Positions 220,634 through 234,252 of a stretch of DNA of 248,000 nucleotides are shown piece by piece (the stretch's first letter is position 1; each line of letters opens with the position of its first letter). The position numbers and the translations under genes were made by a program. Source of the stretch: Rhodosorus marinus CCMP1338. Its lineage: Eukaryota > Plantae > Rhodophyta. Location of the stretch: positions 1,632,001 to 1,880,000 of the forward strand of contig JAMWBK010000008.1 in NCBI GenBank assembly GCA_029953675.1, read 5' to 3'. The notes beneath the pieces are model-generated. The model was not told where the DNA came from, searched no databases, and saw only the letters and a program-made list of their open reading frames with translations.

Positions 220634-223600
220634 TTAAACGTTTTCCTTTCCAACTCTTGGAATAGCGCGTGCTCTCCTCTTAGACGGCTGCTCCTGATTA
220701 GAATTCTCGATGGATTTCAGAGGCCGATTTACAGTGCGGATTACAGTGCTGACGCCATCTACAAACTTGGTTCTGAAGATGACGTTCGCGTTGTTGAACA
220801 TGCCTTCTTTCAAGGAAACCACAATAAACTGGGAATGTGAAAAGTGCGTCTTCAGGATATTCCCTATATTCTGTGTATGAGAGAGATCCAGCGCCGCGTC
220901 GACCTCATCAAGAATATACATTGGGGCAGGTTTGAACTGCAGCATTGCCAATACCAATGAAAGGGCGATCAGAGATCTCTGGCCGCCGCTCAACTCCGAT
221001 AGCGAGTCTTTCCAGACCGAACCGAATCCAACTCGGATCTCCAGTCCGTCCATCACCGTGCATCCTGTCGTCAATAGACGAAAATCTCTCTTCAACACCG
221101 AATTACACTCGCGCAGCTCTAGTTCCCAAGTATGGACGGCGCAGTAGCTCTCGCCAGGTGTACGCCTTACCTTCTTGTGGTTCTAGCTTTGCTGTTGCCC
221201 CTGGGAGCAGCGTTGAAAATATTGACGCAAAGTCCCGATTCACCTTTTTCCACGTCTCTTGTAGAGCTTCCTCTTTTTTTTCATCAAGCTCAGCAATAAC
221301 AGACTCCATCTTGCGCTTGTCAGTCTCGATAATTCGCCTCTTCGAGGTCAAGTCCTGTTGTAAAAGCGTGTGGGCGCAACCCATGACTCAGAATCGATCA
221401 GACCCGCACTCATCGAACACGCGGTCTTCTTTCCGTTTACCTGGTATTCTTGCTCAGCCTTTTCGAACATCGCCATGACCTTCTTGTTGATTCTCTTGTG
221501 CAGGTTCTGCTGCTCAGTGGCAATTGCTTGTTGTTGCTTTTTCGCTTCGCGCGGATCTGATATACTGAAGTCGTACTCACCTCCTTCTTCACCGAAGTGA
221601 TCCCGTTCATTTAGAATCCATGGGTGTGCCTTCTCAAGGCTCTCCAGCATTTGCTCTTGGTTCTTCTGTGAAGATCGCAAAGAAAATGAGGCGAAACATG
221701 ACATCGTAAGCAAGCAATCCAGTTTGAAGCTAAATCTTCTAACAACGGACCTGTTCGTGAAGAAGAGACTTCTGTTTGTGTTCCAGTCTCTTATGCTCCA
221801 ATCCAACTTCCTCAGCCTCTCTAGCCAGCTTAGCCTCAGTCGTTTTCAAGGCGCCAATAGTGGAATCGTTCTCCGCAAGCTTCTCCACTTCCTTATCAAG
221901 GACAAGTTTGAGGTGTTCGTACTCTCGTCGAACCTCGTTCAACTCTGCCTCTGCAGCCTCAACGTCGGTTTGGCTCTTGCTAACCAAGCACTCCTGTGCC
222001 ACAACTTGTTCCTCCAATCCGGATATTTCCTCCCGTAAAGTTTTTATTCTTACTTGTCTTCCTTCTGAAGCTCCCTTGCTCTCCCGTAGCTTCGAGGTGG
222101 CATTCTTCAGCCTGTCTTTTGTCTCCTGAAGGCTCTTCTCTGCGTCTTTCATGGCCTTGTTCCTAGCCTCCACAACATCGCCCATCGATTTCTCAAGTTC
222201 AGCAGCTCTGCCTTGAAAGTCAGCCTTTTGCTTCTTCGCGGTTTCTAGCGCCTGAGGAATCTCCTCCTTCACTTGCTTTTCGAGCTCAGATACTTCCTTC
222301 AAGAGTCGACCTAAACGAACAAGAAATCCCAGGGCCTGCTTAGGGCTTTGATTCTTCGCGAGCTTGACTGCGGAAAGGCCAACAAGACATACCAACACTA
222401 GAACTCCCAAGCTTCTTCTCGATGAGGGTGGCTTCATGACTCCTCAGCTCCAGCTCAGATCGAAGCTGCTCGTGCCTCTGTCTCTTCTTGTCGAGTTCCT
222501 TCATCTCCGAGTTCACCTTCACAAGAAGAATCCAACGAAGCAAGATTTAGAGCGACCTATGCAGCACAGCCCTGAAGAGGATTTGTCGTTTCAAGCCAAC
222601 CTTTCTAAGAGATTTCTGGAGATTGTTCAGCTGGCTGCGAAGGTTGTTAAGATCACTTAGTTGATCGAGCACGGATGGTCCCGAGCTTCTCAAGCTACCA
222701 CCGCCGGAAAGGGTGCCAGCTGGATCGAAGATGTCCCCATTTAGAGTTACGGTTCTACACCTGACTTTTGGATCGAACGTGACCCTCTTTGCGGTATCCA
222801 TATCTTCGCATACCATCGTACGTCCAAAGACATACTTTATTGCTGCCTCGACGTCATCATCGTGACCGACCTTGTGGTCAGGAAGAGGAAACCGGGTATA
222901 CCGGGAGCACAGATCAGTATGCGAAAATCTGAATCAATGAAATGTGCTGTCTTCAAAAGCTCTATTCATCTTACCAGCGACAAAGCGAGCTTCACGTTGG
223001 GGTCAACTCTTTGAGCTGACCTCATCTGTTCATCTGATGCAGTGGAGGCGTTTATCTTGTTCAGAGGAATGATCGTTACGCGTCTCTGCAGTTTCCCTTT
223101 CTCGAGGAGGGCTTTTCCTGTGCGATCCGAGTCAACAACAACCTAGACAGTCACAAAACAGAAATAGTAGAGTTTTGAGCACTTCCAATCCTAGCAGGAC
223201 ACCTGAAAAACACGTTTCTTTCTCGTTCAAGAGGCTGATCGATTACCTGATAAAGACGACCACCTGCCGCGATTTCTATCGCGGTGGAGTGGATTGGATT
223301 CCTCACTGTCAAGAGCGTAGCGACAGTTCCCTTGACGCTGTTCTTGTCAAAGTAAGAAGTTGGATTGGAGTACTTGAACTCGAACGACGAGAGTCTAGCT
223401 GAGAGTTCGTCGTATTCGTCCTGGACCTTCCGCAGGGAAGCAGCGTCAACTTCTTTCTGCGAATCAAGGCGCTCTGCAAGCTCGACGCTGTAGTCCAGTT
223501 CATGAAGCTTCAATTTGACCTGCTGAACTGCTTTCTCACTGCGGAATTGTTCCTGACGCATCTTGTCGACTGCAACTTGGTCCTTCTTCAGGCTCGCCGC

Positions 223601-225379
223601 TTTGGCCTTGTATTCGCCCTGGACGTGGGACGCGCGCATTTTCAAAGTCTCTATTTCTGTTTCGGCACTGAGGATACCCTTCTTCGCCGCTTGAATCTGA
223701 TCAACCACAGACGATCCCATTGCACCATCGGAGCTTCCATTACCACCTCCAGATCCTGTGATCGTGACGCCCAATTTGCAGATTTCGGTTAAAAAGATCG
223801 GTCCAGCAGAGCATCATCTCGCTCTTCCTTACCAGTGAGAAGCGCTCTCTGAGCGTTGGCTTCTTCCTTAGTCGACTTTTGCACGTCCAACTCAAGGCGA
223901 GAGATTTCACTCTGGATCTCTTTGTACTCCGATTCGTTCTTCTCCATTTCAAGCCGGTCCGCTGAAACCTGGGCCTTCAGCCCATTAAGATTTGATTTCT
224001 CAGCCTCCAGCGAGTCTCTTTGATTGTGAAATGCAGACGACTTTTTCACGAGAGTCTTGCTCATGTTTTCGACCTTTCGCACCAAGAGAGAAGAGAAGAA
224101 AATACCATCAGCAAACGGGTCGATCAAGGCACTCGCCCTTGTTTACAACAGTATGTCAGGCCGTCGCGAGTTGTGCGTGTTCGTTTTCCTCACCTCTTGA
224201 GAAAGCTTGCGATAGTTCTTCGACATCTGGGCTTCACGAATCCGTTGAGCATTTTCAAGCTCATCTGAAACTTGCTTCGCCTTGGATTCGATATCATCCT
224301 TACGATTGAGAGTCGATTCGACTGCCTCTAGCAAAGACTGGTGTTGTTCCTCATAGTCCGAAACCTGGTTAAAAAACAGTTCGAGGAGGTTAAGTTCTCT
224401 GCTTCATTCCCTTTCCAACGCCTGTGTTCGTTGGCTTTTTAAATTTACGGTTGGAAACGGATACTTCGATGCTTACCTTTGTATAGGCAGATGAATAGTC
224501 GTATGCAATGGTGAAGCGACTCAAACGTTCGATTTTGGTGTTGTTTGAGCACCACTTCATGTAAGAAGCCCGATCTTTTCTCAGACCATCAAGCATCGGC
224601 GTGATCTCGGATGCTAGAACTTGCTCGATTTCTTCGACTTTCCTCTGCTTTTTCTCAATTGTCTTCAAAGCGGTCTCCTTCTTGAGCTCGTACATTCGTG
224701 TACCTATTAATTTCGTTGGTAGGTCTCAGCGTGCAGCTGGTCGATCTCAGTGATCTCCGAGGTCGAATTACATACCTGCTGCCTCCTCGATCATGGCGAG
224801 TACCTCTGGAGGTTTCATGGAAATGACCTTTGTGATCCTCCCCTGCATAATGAGGAAGTGTGGGTTGTTGACGTTGAGCTGAACGGAATGGAAAAGGTTC
224901 TGTACTCGGCCAGGTTGAGCTACATGGCCGTTGATAAGATATTTGTTACGCCCTCCTATCACGATCTGCCTTGTTACGGTGACCTTGTCGCAGTCTTCAT
225001 AGCCAGCAGGCGAGTTACTCCGGTCATTGTTGTTGAAAATAATCGATACAGTAGCTTTCGATATACCGGCCTGACCGCCTTTGTAGACTAATTCCTGCAA
225101 GTTTCCAACTCGAACCTAGTATAGAGTGCGGATAGCGGAGAAGAGGTTAAAGCTCACATCTCTGCATCTTTCGTCAGATTGTTTTTAGTTGACTGAACTG
225201 GAGAGACGAACCTGTGATAAATTCGAAATCCCGAGGACGAAGCAGATGGAGTCGAGAATATTAGATTTTCCGGATCCGTTCAGTCCCGTGATCGCATTGA
225301 ATGACGGGTCAAAGCCAGATATCACAGTACGCGACGCGTACGACTTGAACCCATCGACAATGACCTCCTCGATATACAT
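220634..225379 (-). CDS. SMC2: Condensin subunit SMC2, multi-exon
   Basis: [14 protein letters not shown] Walker A; LSGGQ signature; [11 protein letters not shown]. Confidence 0.97.
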
Positions 225380-227429
225380 TTCTTCCCAAGAACAATCTAC
225401 TCAGCGCCAATTTTCGTTCATAGAAGCAAAACAGAATTCAAGGACTCGTCCAGTCTCGCATCTATCCACAACGTACGCTGCGGACGTAACAATGGCAACA
225501 ACAACCCTCCCGGCCAACGTCCTACGAGAGATGAATCACCGACTTAGGGCATGAAACCTCTAGCCTTCTCCCGTCCTTCCCCTCCCGAGACATCAAGTGC
225601 ATGACAATTCCATCAACAGGAAAAACTGCTGAGAAAGCTCCCACTAGTTGCTAGTTCATTTGCCGTTAATAGGAATACTAGGAGATCGAAAAATATTATC
225701 TAGACAATAGAAAGACTCCGGTAATTAATCGAAGTTTTATGATCAGTTTTAAACATTTGAAAATCTGTCCGTTTGTATGACACGTGGTTGTTTAGTGGTT
225801 GAACTACGTTGATTCTTAATTATGTACAAGGCATCTTTAATTTTGATATTAAAGGAACTGAGTAAAATTATTTCGTAAATATTTTCGAGTACTTGATCTT
225901 GATTTGGAAAATTATTCCAGTTTATGATCCCCGTGGCCGGGGTTGGTCTTGAAAGCGGAGTTCGTCTCTTGAGTAGAATCCGCCAGAATACAGTAGTATG
226001 CGGGTGGACAGTAACCCCTCTCTAGAGCCTAAAGCCAGAATGTTCTGTTCTTCTCTGAGCTGCGTGCGTTTGGTAATCAGTAGTTTTTCTGAATTCAAGG
226101 GCTGCTCGTAGCGTGAGCATGTCCCCAATCACACGGAGGATTGCATAGCATTCGTCGACCCCGTAGACAAGCGCAAAAACGTTGTTTGGCTTTGGTGACC
226201 CTTCCCATGGGGCTCAAGCGACCTTCTAATCTCACGTTCTTTATCGTATTCATGACCCAAAATCAGGAACAACACCACGGGGCCCGCAACTGAAAAGGAT
226301 TCCCAAAAGACAGGATTCTATCGTCGACCAAGAACTGGGACCAATGCTACTTCCAAATCCTTAAGCAGCAACCACGCCATCGTGAAACTGGCAAATCCAC
226401 GCAATCGTTCTCCTTCGCCTCGTCAAGCCGAAAACGCTGTAAATATCTCAACATCTCCCCGTACCGATCCCACCTAGAGGCCAGACCCTCGCTACCGGAC
226501 ACATCCATTGACGCCAGTTATGGAATCGTTCCAGCCCTTACGCACTGTGCTGGAACGCTATCGATATCATGGCGATTCCTCGTACCTGAACGGACTTGCG
226601 ACAGTGGCCTGAGAGGGAGAGTATGGCCGGTGAATCTTTTCATAGACCATGCTCTAACTCTCATGCCATCCAAGCCTCACCAAACTCCTCAACATCACCA
226701 ACGTTGGCTGGAGGCCAAGCTCATCAAAAATTCCCTTTGATAGAAACTTTTCCCGTTCAACAGAGAGTCCTGACAGATTTGTCAACTACCACGTCGGTAG
226801 ACATCACAACACTGTCACCTTGATATTCAGTCAATAAATTATAATCAATCTTTTATATTCGTATTTAATAAATTAATATATAATTCAATCTTTATTTGGA
226901 TTGAATAACTATTGGCAGGTAAATAGTTATTTGGGGATATGCTTCTTCTGGATGAGAGAAAGTAGAGGACGGTGGATTGAGCTTAGGGTTCGGGGAGGGT
227001 GCTGACTTGGACTTTGAGCTCGTAGAGTTACAATACTTTGAATAGGAACATGGCCAAGTGAAAGAATACTGCAAGGAGAGTAGCTTCAAACTTTTTTTTT
227101 GGAGGTGTTTAGGGGTTTGTTGGAGTTCCCGGTATGGATGGAAGCGTTCGAATTCAGGAACTTATTGGCGACCCAAGAGGATACGATGCTAGGATTCTGG
227201 GAAGAGCAAAGGTAGGAAGGTGCTTGAGGATTAGGTTTTTGAGTGGTTTGTTGTAGTAGTCCGTGGGTAGTTCTGATAAGCTTTGCAGCACTAACTTGTG
227301 GGTTCATTTTGCCCTTGCGACGATTTAGGTCAAGTGCAGATCAGGTAGGCGGTTTCTGGGACTTGCATCGACCAGTAGAAGCGCCTCAGAAGGACTGATG
227401 GGCTTATAGCTCTCCCAATTTTGTGCTGA

Positions 227430-229016
227430 ATGGGTGTTTCTGATTGGTTTTTAGATATTGCGCTTCAGGATTGGAATGTTCGCGGATATCTTGGAGACCA
227501 GACTTGTTTAGATGAACCGGAGGAACATGGAGGCATTGCTCGTGTCCACACTGATAACCTCAGCGTTGAGGAGTTCTTTCAAAAGTTCGAAGTCCCAGGC
227601 GTGCCCCTGTGTATCGACGGCATCGTCCAGCAATGGCCCGCATGGAAGAACTGGAGTTTAAAGAGTCTGCATAGACGGTATCGACACGTCAAGTTTCGTG
227701 TTGGTGACGATGATGACGGATACGCTGTTAGAATCAAAATGAAGTACTTCCTTCGATACATGATGTCACAAACCGATGATTCTCCCCTGTACATCTTCGA
227801 CTCAAGGTTCCCCAAGATCGATGGATCTCACGTTCTACTTGGGGATTACGAGGTGAGGTCGCGATTTTACAAAGACACGTTCTGAGAATAAGACGTCATT
227901 CCGCGGCCTGACGATGCCGCCTTCTTGTTTCCAGGTACCAAAGTACTTCCGGGAAGACCTATTCCACCTGCTGGGTGAACATCGTCGTCCTCCATATCGA
228001 TGGTTTCTGGTTGGTCCAAAACGATCAGGAAGCGGAGTTCATATCGATCCTCTCGGTACATCTGCTTGGAACGCTCTTATCTCTGGAAGAAAGCGATGGA
228101 TTCTTTTCCCGCCAAACATACCGAAAAAGGTACAGAAACCCTCAAGACAAGACTGAAGCCGTAAAACGAAAGCTGAACCCTTTTTCCCCCACTGATCGCC
228201 TCCAAGATCGTTAAGGCGAAAAGTCTCAAACGTATTGGAGAAGACGACGAACCTGTTGACTACTTCACAAACATTCTTCCCCGATTGAAGCAATCGGTAA
228301 GTATATCGGATTGCTTCACCCATTGAAACGATCGCCAGAAGCTGTTAAACAGATGGTCTAGTTTTTGGTGGATATGACAGATGGGAGATGCGTTGGACTA
228401 CATCGAGTTTGTTCAGTACCCTGGAGAGACGGTTTTCATCCCTGGAGGCTGGTGGCACGCTGTATTGAATCTTGATGACACGATCGCCGTTACACAGAAC
228501 TTTGTATCATCAAATAATTTTAGAAACTGCTGGTATCAGACACGGAAGGGACGTCGTGGTATGGCTAGAAAGTGGTATAGGGAGTTGAAGAGTAGCCATC
228601 CGCATCTAGCGACGGTAGCTGATGAGGTGAACCGTATGCATGGGTATAATATGGAGCGAGAGAGGGAGAGGCATCATGAAGACTATCGTCGGCAGGTTTT
228701 TGCCAGACGTGTCAAGGTCGGGGTTGAGAAATATCGACGCAAACTGAACGGCGTGGACCTTGATAAGAGCAGCTCGTCGTCTGGAGATGGAACTGACTCC
228801 GACTGGACCAGCTTGAGCGAGAACTTTGACGGTCTCGATAGCGACGAAGAGAACCAAGTAGGAATGACAATACGTCAGCTTCTTGTGCATCCTCCCCAGC
228901 AGCAGCTGGATCAGTATACTCCTTCCCAGAACGGGACAGCTGGTTATCACGCCCGCGACGAGTCTTGCAGAACCGAGCATCTACCAACGGCGCCTAGAGT
229001 CTCGGAACTTGGCTGA
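227430..229016 (+). CDS. JMJD6: JmjC hydroxylase/demethylase, PSR-type (start uncertain)
   Basis: [29 protein letters not shown]. Confidence 0.92.
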
Positions 229017-229769
229017 GTCAACGAGAAAGCAACTATAACTAAACAACAACAACAACACGATGACTACCAAGCAACCAATGTATTCCGGCTGACATATTCT
229101 GACTCGCTCAGAAAGAACCAAGACGATGGCCGTTCTAAAAGCTGCGAGAAGTGGATTTGTCTCCAGTACTGTAGTTGGGAACGTCCCTTTCACATGCTTC
229201 CGGGGCAATCTCTGGCCTTGGGACATCCATTGTATGTCTCCACCATCACGAGTTGGGCTCCATGGTTGAGCACCAAGTAGCGCATGAGCAAAGTTTGGGA
229301 TTTGCTAACAGTACAGAAGCCTACTGTTAGATTATACATCCACGCGACTCCTCTCCAACTCTTAAAGACTTCTCCAGAGGTTTTTCAGGTAGCCATTTGG
229401 CTGCCGAAGAGGATTTCGCGGATTTAGCTGTTTGGTTGAATGAAACAAAAGCTGCCCGTCTTCCAGAAGCGTTCATGTTGGTTTCGAGCTTTGTTAGTTC
229501 TGATCAGTAGGAGGCTTCGAGGTGGCGTTTTACCAGGAGGAGAGCAAATCCTGATATAGTCCTCTCTCAATTTCCATTATCACCTGAGTTTCGTTAGTTT
229601 TTTTGCAGATTGTTCCGTGTGGTTTTACCTCTGTCACAGCTCACGCTAAAGCGATGTGGTCTGTGCCCATCTTCATCATTTAGAAGACGTACGGACTTGT
229701 TTAGGAGGGGGGGGGGAAAGAGTTGGGAGGAGGGTTTCATGTGAAGTCAAAGCAAATATGGGAGATATA

Positions 229770-230367
229770 CTCTTTGCGTCTTCTCCGAAAGTTTGGACGA
229801 GGAGAACAAGCCTTCCAATAACGTGCAAGAGGACGAGGACTGGATTTCATGCCAAAGGAATCGCTAGAGCGAGGGAGGTGAGGATCAGAGTGAAGCTTCT
229901 GGTTGTGCTTTCTGCGCTGAAGATTGGTTTCGTACTTGTGTTGCTTAGGATTGTGATGAATGTGAAGGTCAGGAGGAAGCAGGACGTGATGAAGGTGAGA
230001 AGTGACAGGATCCAAATGTGTTTCTGAAGGTTTTTGGTGAACCTGACCCTATTTTGTTTCTGAAGTTGTGAGAGGAAATGTTAGGATTGAGTATTGTACA
230101 GGTTGTCGCTGGCTATTGAGAGCTGGATGGACTGCTCAAGAGTTGCTCACGACGTTTGAGAAGGAGTTGGTGGGGGTGACGATTGCACCTGCAACTTCGA
230201 GTGGGGTTTTCGACGTGTACTTAGATGGTAAGTTGGTGTTTTCGAGGAAGGAGGTTGGGAGATTTCCCGAGATGAAGGAGCTGAAGCAGCTCGTTCGTGA
230301 CCAGATCAATCCAGAGCGTGACTTGGGGCATAGTGATGTCAAGGGTCACAAGCAGAAAACCACCTGA
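229770..230367 (+). CDS. SelW/Rdx-family thioredoxin-like protein
   Basis: IEYCTGCRWLLRA..AQELL; GRFPE.KELKQLVRD. Confidence 0.85.
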
Positions 230368-230474
230368 AGGGGGTTCTCTTTGCTTGGTTTCCCGCATTCT
230401 TTGTTTCCTCTGGACTTTGTGAACTTAAAATGAAAAGGCTGGTAGATTGGGGGCTCTAACGAGCGATAGCTTTT

Positions 230475-231560
230475 TTAAGCATGAGCGATGGTCTTCTTCC
230501 CCGCTCTGAGATGAGATATATATACTTTCTGTGGAGTACTCCTGCTCGAAGTTGCCACATACAGCTCCTTCGGGGAGATCGACGTAATGACTCCCAGGAA
230601 CCGTTTCCCAGTGGATTTGCTCTGTACCGCCACTGTATTCGATTCTTCAAATCGCTCTTGCCGTACGTGCAATACACCTCGAGAATAGGTGACTTCTACA
230701 ACCGGACGTCCTCCTCGATCCTTCCCTTGGTCTCCTAAGGCGAAAGATGAACCTCGGAGATTTCAGCTTTGATAGTTCATCCCCAACCCTCCCAGAAGCA
230801 GCATTTTGAACGGAAAGAAACGACGTACTTGCGTTTCCGTACTGAGAAGAGGGCTTGTGCTGAGGTATTGAAGTGATCTTCGGGGGCATTACAGTCTCCA
230901 AGCCTAAAAGCATGGCTTCGATGTCATGTTGAAGCTCATCCCAGGTTAGGGAAACTCTTAGCAATCCTTCCTTTTGGACACCTCCGAGCAGTCCGGCACA
231001 GTAGATATCCTCCGGCGTCGCGTTTTTTCCTCTTCTGTTCAGCTGTTTTCGAAGAGCTAGAGAGGGAAATTCCGGTCTTTGCTCGTCAGTTATCTGAAGC
231101 GATAGAAGCCACTATGGGCGCAAAGTTTCCCACGGCTCATACCTCTGGGAAGAAACGAATACAGCTTCTTTCGTCTACTTGAGAACGAAGAGAATATTTT
231201 CTCACGATAGTATCTCTTGTCAGCTTCGAACTCATCCCAGGCCTGCTTCACCTCTGCTTCAAAGCACTTCTCAGAATTCTCAAGCTGAAATGTCCTGATT
231301 TCGTCCGCCATATGAACTCTGTGCTGTTTCTTCTTCTCAAGATCTTCCAGTTCCTTTAGATATTCTCCATTTTCACCTTAAAAGATCGAGCAAATAACCC
231401 GGCCAGCTTCAGAACCAGTCCAAGCCAGTCCGCAAGCGAACACTACATCTCCTTACCCGCTAGAATTTCCTCATGCTCTTTCTTGAGCGTCTTCAGATCA
231501 TCCTCAAGTTGCTGAATCCTCAGATTCTCATGCTCTTCATCCTGAGATTCCGAAGGCATG
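230475..231560 (-). CDS. Sds3-like Sin3/HDAC complex subunit, spliced
   Basis: Coiled coil ending EFE..KRYYREK; L.W.E...DI..M. Confidence 0.5.
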
Positions 231561-234252
231561 TTTCTTCGATCAACACGAGCCACGCGGCTCCCCTAAATGA
231601 AACACAAAAATCAACTCGTTGAAACGAAGGTTCTTCCCTTTGATCCTCAGTCCATCCGACTCTCAATCATCCTTCAAAAAAAATCCGTCCTGAAAACACT
231701 AAAAAAATCCTCCTAAATTACCAAATCCTTAGAGAAGAACATTCTGCCTCGTTCCAATCGATGCAGAACAAATAAGCCGGACACATCGATGCTTCTCTCC
231801 AACCTTCCCCCAGGAAACAAAAACCCTTCCAGTCCTATTGAGCACCACCGACTAGAAAGACTTCAACTATGAACTTCTTCTCTGCAGAAAGATAGCTTCA
231901 GTATCTAAAACTTTCTCCCCGCCATGCATGCCCCGACAATCCTAATCCACCCTGTACCCGTCCTCTTCACCGATTTGCCGAGCAGCTGACTGGAGCAATG
232001 TCGCAGGGAATTCTCTTGAGGCGGCAGTTCTGTTCAGTTCAAGTTGTTTTTTGGAAGTGAATTCGTCTTGGTGGAATCATTAATCCCAGCGCAGTACAAT
232101 ACATCTCTGTGGGAGCATACCCTATGCGACGGAGGGATCGGCGGGTTTACCTCATCACGGTTTTGACGACTTGACGATGGCAATACATCGTTTGCGAGTT
232201 CTAGATGAGCAATATTGTGTATTATAGTGATCGAAGAGGACACCTTACCTGAATGAGTCGTTCTGTTCCACTCCCAGACATTGTAGCTGTTCTTCAAGTA
232301 GAGCCTATGGCTTGCTTAAACGGTCGCACACCTCCAACCCCCCCATTTGTCTGAGCTGAATACAGATCTTTCATTGGCTATCTCGATCGAGCTTGAAATG
232401 AATATTAGATAAGTTTCATCAGTTCGTTTCGTATAAACACTCTTAATTGGCTTAAAGGAAAACAATTCTCGCATGATTGGCTTATAAAGCTATATTTTTT
232501 ATATTTGCGTCTTTCTGATGAGCCGGTTTCCGTGAAAGTCGCGCGCTCGACATAATATAGGGAGATATATACTCAAGTTAGGGCCATTTTCCTATCCTTA
232601 AAACTAAAAAACTCAACATATCAATTTTGGAAGAAAAATAATACATACCTGTTCGAGGTTTTCTGTTTTGGGTATTTTAGGATATGATGGGGCCATGAAG
232701 CAGACGAGGTTGCGGGGACCAACCTATGAGGTAAACAGGGTTGCCGTGGGAGTCTCGACCTACGTCGAGTAGTCCACGCTGTCAATCGACTCTCTACGTT
232801 GAAGTGTGCTTGGTTCGGACTTTCCACCTCCGCACCTACCCAATCGGTTCGATCATCGCCATTGGGGCAAGTTCGCCCTGGAATTCCGCGGGCAGCGTAC
232901 CCGTGAATCCTACCTCTTGTTTTCTCAGGAGAGAGGGGATGATTCTACCATGATTTCGTATCCGTTCTGCAACGCGAGGCCAGTTACTCACTTGCCACTG
233001 CGTGCATCCACCCACCTTTGTGTCCACTGGGAGGGAGCCCGGCATCTTGGCAAAACTGCCCTAGATTCCTCCCGCGCCCCTATCCGACTCGCTCCGTCCG
233101 CAACCTGGAAGCAACTCTTCTAACCGTCCTGGTCAAACCCCGGCACGGCGAGTGGTTTTGACAATTTGGCCATGCCTGTTTTTTGACGGTCAGCCGCTAG
233201 TGCAGAGTATGCGTTTACAGTTCGGATGCTATTTGGCTTCCTGCGCTTAAAACTGACGTTCTCTATGAATGTGACAGCTCATGCAACTGTGCAGATATCC
233301 TCTCGATTCTATACTATGCAGGTAACATCAATGTGCCCCCCCACCAGCGAGTCTCTCCCCTCCTCTAAAAGCTGTCACCGCCTTTACGTTGCAACTAATT
233401 GTTTCAAGAGTAAAATTTCAACGACTGAACTGATGAACGAATCAAAGACGACTTTCTACTCTCTTCGATCCAATAAGGAGAAAGAGACGTTCCTATTCGT
233501 GTAAATTGACAGATCTCTGACACGGACAAATCACTACATTAATTTTTGAATAAAAATAGTCGATGCAGTCTTGTTGAGAGCAAGATTTTACTCAAAAACA
233601 ATTCTTGTCGAAGACGATTTTTTGTCATAAAATAATCTTTTCATTTATAAAGAAAGAAAAATCACTTGTTACACGACAAATATTATATTGACGTCGTGAT
233701 TTCTTTTTTTATTTTCTGACATATTTTTCCATAGGGGTAGAAGATTTGTAAATTCTAGATGAATATTCCAAATAAAGAATGTATGTATCTGAAATTTTGC
233801 CAACTTTTCTTTTAAATTGAAGAAAGAGCAAGAAAAATCCATATATAGGTACAAAATTTGTGATATAGAAACTAAAAAATGTAGATATGTTTCTTGTTTT
233901 TCACCCTCTATGAAAGCTATCAAAAAGTTATGGACGGACCTTGCCCGTATTGCAGTCATTTGAATTGAAATATTTTCTAAGAATTTTTGTGTCTAAAACT
234001 TGGCTGGAAAAGGGGTTTTTGGCGCACGAAGTAGTTTGAAAATTTTGGCTACTTAAGGAGTCTGGTTATGTGGACTGGATGTGGTGCGAGCCGTGGGGAG
234101 GAGTGCGAGAACAGGATGGGAGGAGTATGGAGACTGAGAGATCAGGTCTTGGAAGAAATATGCACTGAATAAAGTGTAAATGAAGTTTCTGCTGGAGGAT
234201 TAGTTTGGTAGGATTTCTTTTGGTGGACGGTGTCGTTTTGGGTACTGAGTAG